Positions 61,058-64,000 of a stretch of 64,000 nt of DNA are shown one piece after another. Source of the stretch: Octopus sinensis (lineage: Eukaryota). The notes below the pieces were generated by a model, which made no database searches, had not been told where the DNA came from, and worked only from the letters and a program-made list of their open reading frames with translations. The DNA is taken from positions 27,466,001-27,530,000 of the forward strand of contig NC_043015.1 in NCBI RefSeq assembly GCF_006345805.1, written 5' to 3'. Position 1 is the first letter of the stretch; each line of letters opens with the position of its first letter. The position numbers and the translations under genes were made by a program.

Positions 61058-64000
61058 TGGTTGGTTGGCATCCTTTCTGTCTCGGGAGACAATGGAGTTG
61101 CGCATAAAGTAGTCTAGTCCGGCTTTTATATTTCATGTCCTGATACATTTCCTGCTGTGGCTGTGTAGTCCTATCCTGGACAAACACTCCCTCTGGCAGG
61201 TACTGCAAATGTAGCGAAGACTGTTCCTGGCTGGTTGTAATGCCATAGTCTCTTGTTGACATCTCTTCTTTTCTTTCCATTTCTCCTCTCTCTCTCTGTC
61301 ACTCCTTTGTATTTCCTCTTTTACGGTACGTCGCCATTCTCCACGGTTGCCGGCAACTGCCTCCCAACCGCTAATATTGATGTTGCAGGCCTTCATGTCC
61401 CTTTTGCAAACATCCTTGTAACGTAAGATCGGTCTACCCACAGACCTAGTACCCCTAGCAAGCTCTCCGTAGAGTATGTCCTTGGGGATTCTGCCATCTT
61501 TCATACGGCTAACATGCCCAAGCCATCTCATACGTCTTTGTGTGAGGAGTGCAAACATGCTTGGTATTCCTGCTTGCCTGAGGACATCTTTGTTGGGGAT
61601 ATGATTCTGCCATTTGATGCAGAGGATTTTTCGGAGGCAGCGCAGGTGAAAGATGTTTAGGCGACGCTCTTGGCGTGTGTATAGCGTCCAGGTCTCACTT
61701 CCATACAGTAGAGTGCTGAGTACACATGCCTGGTAGATCTTCATTTTCGTGGTCTTGGTCAGCTTATTGTTGTCCCAAGCCTGTTTGGAGAGTTGGGCCA
61801 TCGCAGCAGCTGCCTTGCAAATGCGTATATTGAGCTCAGCATCAAGGGATAGGTTGTAGGTGACGATAGAGCCCAGATAGGTAAACTTCTCCACCTCTTG
61901 TAATCCATGGTCTCCAATATGTATGTTTGGGATGTCCGATGTAGCCTGGCCCATGATGTTGGTCTTCTTAAGGCTGATAGCTAAGCCAAAGTCGTTACAT
62001 GCTTGCTCAAAACAGTTAATGAGCCCTTGGAGGGCTTCTTCTGTGTGTGTTACCAGAGCGGCATCATCAGCAAATAACATCTCCTTGATCAGGGCGTTTC
62101 TGATTTTGGTCTTGGCACGCAGGCGCGAGAGATTGAACAGTTTCCCGTCACTTCTACTGTGCAGAAACACTCCATCATCTGATGTCTGAAAGGCATGTGA
62201 AAGTAAGAGCGAGAAGAAGATGCCAAACAATGTAGGAGCGAGGACACAATCTTGCTTTACCCCGTTTTTTATTTGGAAGGCGGCTGATGTTGAACCGTTG
62301 TGCTGTATGGTGCCTTGCATGTCATCATGGAAAGACTTGATGATCCTCAGCAGCTTTGGTGGACATCCGATTTTTTGGAGCAGGATGAAGAGGCCTGTTC
62401 TGCTTACCGAGTCAAAGGCCTTTGTTAGATCAATGAAGGCCATATATAATGGCATTTTCTGCTCTCTGGACTTCTCCTGAAGTTGGCGTATGGAGAATAT
62501 CATATCGATAGTTGATCTGTTTCTTCTAAAGCCACACTGCGATTCCGGATAGATTCGAGAAGCAAGTAGTTGTAGCCTGGCCAGGGTAACGCGGGCAAAG
62601 GTCTTTCCAACAGTGCTTAGAAGGGATATACCACGGTAATTGTTACAATCACCATGGTCACCTTTGTTTTTGTAAAGCGTGATGATGTTAGCATCCCACA
62701 TATCCTGAGGGACTGTACCCTCTTCCCAGCACTGACACAGAAGCTCGTGAAGGTGCCGAAGCAGGATGGTGTTTTTGCCGGCTTTGATGATCTCTGAGGG
62801 GATGCTGTCTTTTGCCGGAGCCTTATTTCTTGCTAGGGAGTCAACAGCCTTGGTGAGCTCTGCTATAGATGGTGGACTGTCAAGTTCGCACATGACTGGC
62901 AAGATCTTAACACTCTCGACTGCAGCCTCAGCCACTGTAGTCTCCCGTAAGTAGAGATCCTGGTAGTGCTCCACCCATCTATCCATTTGCTTGCCTTGAT
63001 CCCTGATGAGATCTCCAGTAGTTGATTTCAGAGGGGCTGACTTAGTTGCGGATGGACCGAGGGCCTTCTTCAAACCGGCATACATCCCACGGGTGTCGCC
63101 CCTGTCAGCAGCTGACTGGATACTCTGACAGATTTCCTGCCAATACCTATTTGCACAGCGTCTAGCTGTCAGTTGGGTTTTATTTCGTGCCTTTCTGAGT
63201 TCTTCAAGTGACTTTGTAGAAGAGTCACTCTTGTATTGCATCAGAGCTGCACGCTTTGCTTCGATAACTGGCTCCAGCTCTAAGAGCCCAGCATTGAACC
63301 AATCTGGGTTTTGCCTTTCTCTCGTGCCGAAAGTATCCATTGATGTCGTATACAAGGCTTCCCTGATATAGTCCCACCTACTTTCAGCAGAGGAGGTTGG
63401 GCAGCTACTGAGGGCAACCTTGATAGAAGCAGCAAAACATTTTCGCAGTGTAGGGTCCGAGGTTCTGGCGGTGTTGATGCGTGGTCGGCCCACTTTCTTG
63501 GAGCGATGGACTTTTTTAGGCAGAATCCTCACCCTACTTCTAATTAGTGAGTGGTCTGTGTCACAATCTGCGCTGTGGTAACTGCGGGTCAGTAGAGTAG
63601 AATTCAGAAAGGATCTCCGTGTAATGATGAGATCCAGTTGATGCCAGTGGTGAGATCTTGGATGTCTCCAGGATGCCTTGTGGGATGGCTTCTTGGTAAA
63701 GAATGTGTTTGTGATGCACAGGTTGTGGTATGTGCAGAATTCGAGTAGTCTCTGACCATTGTCATTCATGTTGCCAATACCAAAGTGTCCAACACAAATG
63801 GGCCACGAATCATGGTCAGATCCCACGCAAGCGTTAAAATCCCCTAGAAGGTAGATATTTTCAGTCGTTGGTATATTTTCTATGACACAGTTGAGATCTT
63901 AGTAGAACTGGTCCTTGGTCTCCTCTGAGCTGTAGAGAGTGGGAGCATAGATGCTGAGTAGATGTACTGAGCCAGAAGAAGTCGAGAGGCGCAGTGAGAG
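61058..64000 (-). mobile_element. Young RTE-clade LINE (APE + RT); 5' part lies beyond the window
   Basis: Single long ORF; short 3' UTR ending GGATGCC-AACCAACCA at ~61058. Confidence 0.93.
61133..64000 (-). pseudogene. RTE ORF (APE endonuclease and reverse transcriptase) with one premature stop
   Basis: SIYAPT, LLGDFNA, HQLDLIIT, DTDHSL (APE); NYRGISLLS, ESQCGFR, FIDLTKAFDSV, GVKQDCVLAP (G to D), LFADDAAL, FTYLGS (RT); C-terminal CSTC..C. In-frame TAA at 63901-63899. Confidence 0.93.

Overview
This is AT-rich, microsatellite-dense eukaryotic DNA made almost entirely of transposable elements and their relics. The SINE families and the (TA)n/(CA)n/(TAA)n load suggest an octopus-like cephalopod genome (inference). 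No prokaryotic genes, rRNA, bona fide tRNA or CRISPR array were seen, and only one plausible host exon (1335-1557, minus). Main content: (1) a Helitron nest at 8-19 kb, with a truncated PIF1-type helicase and several non-autonomous units ending in hairpin+CTAG; (2) mariner and MULE relics; (3) a cluster of R4/Dong-like RLE retroelements sitting in (TAA)n at 33.8-42.4 kb; (4) a full-length Neptune-type Penelope-like element (PLE) at 50-57 kb whose RT+GIY-YIG ORF is broken only by three 1-nt homopolymer deletions; (5) a second, unrelated PLE with a twin-priming-like internal inversion at 57.6-61.1 kb; (6) a young RTE LINE running off the right edge. The most notable unannotated signal is six hammerhead-ribozyme (HHR) motifs of four distinct sequence types. 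Two of them lie in a 667-bp fold-back palindrome fused by microhomology to the Helitron helicase, one has a ~100-nt stem II, and one lies in a 482-nt retrozyme-like unit. All structures were read by eye; nothing was computed or searched.
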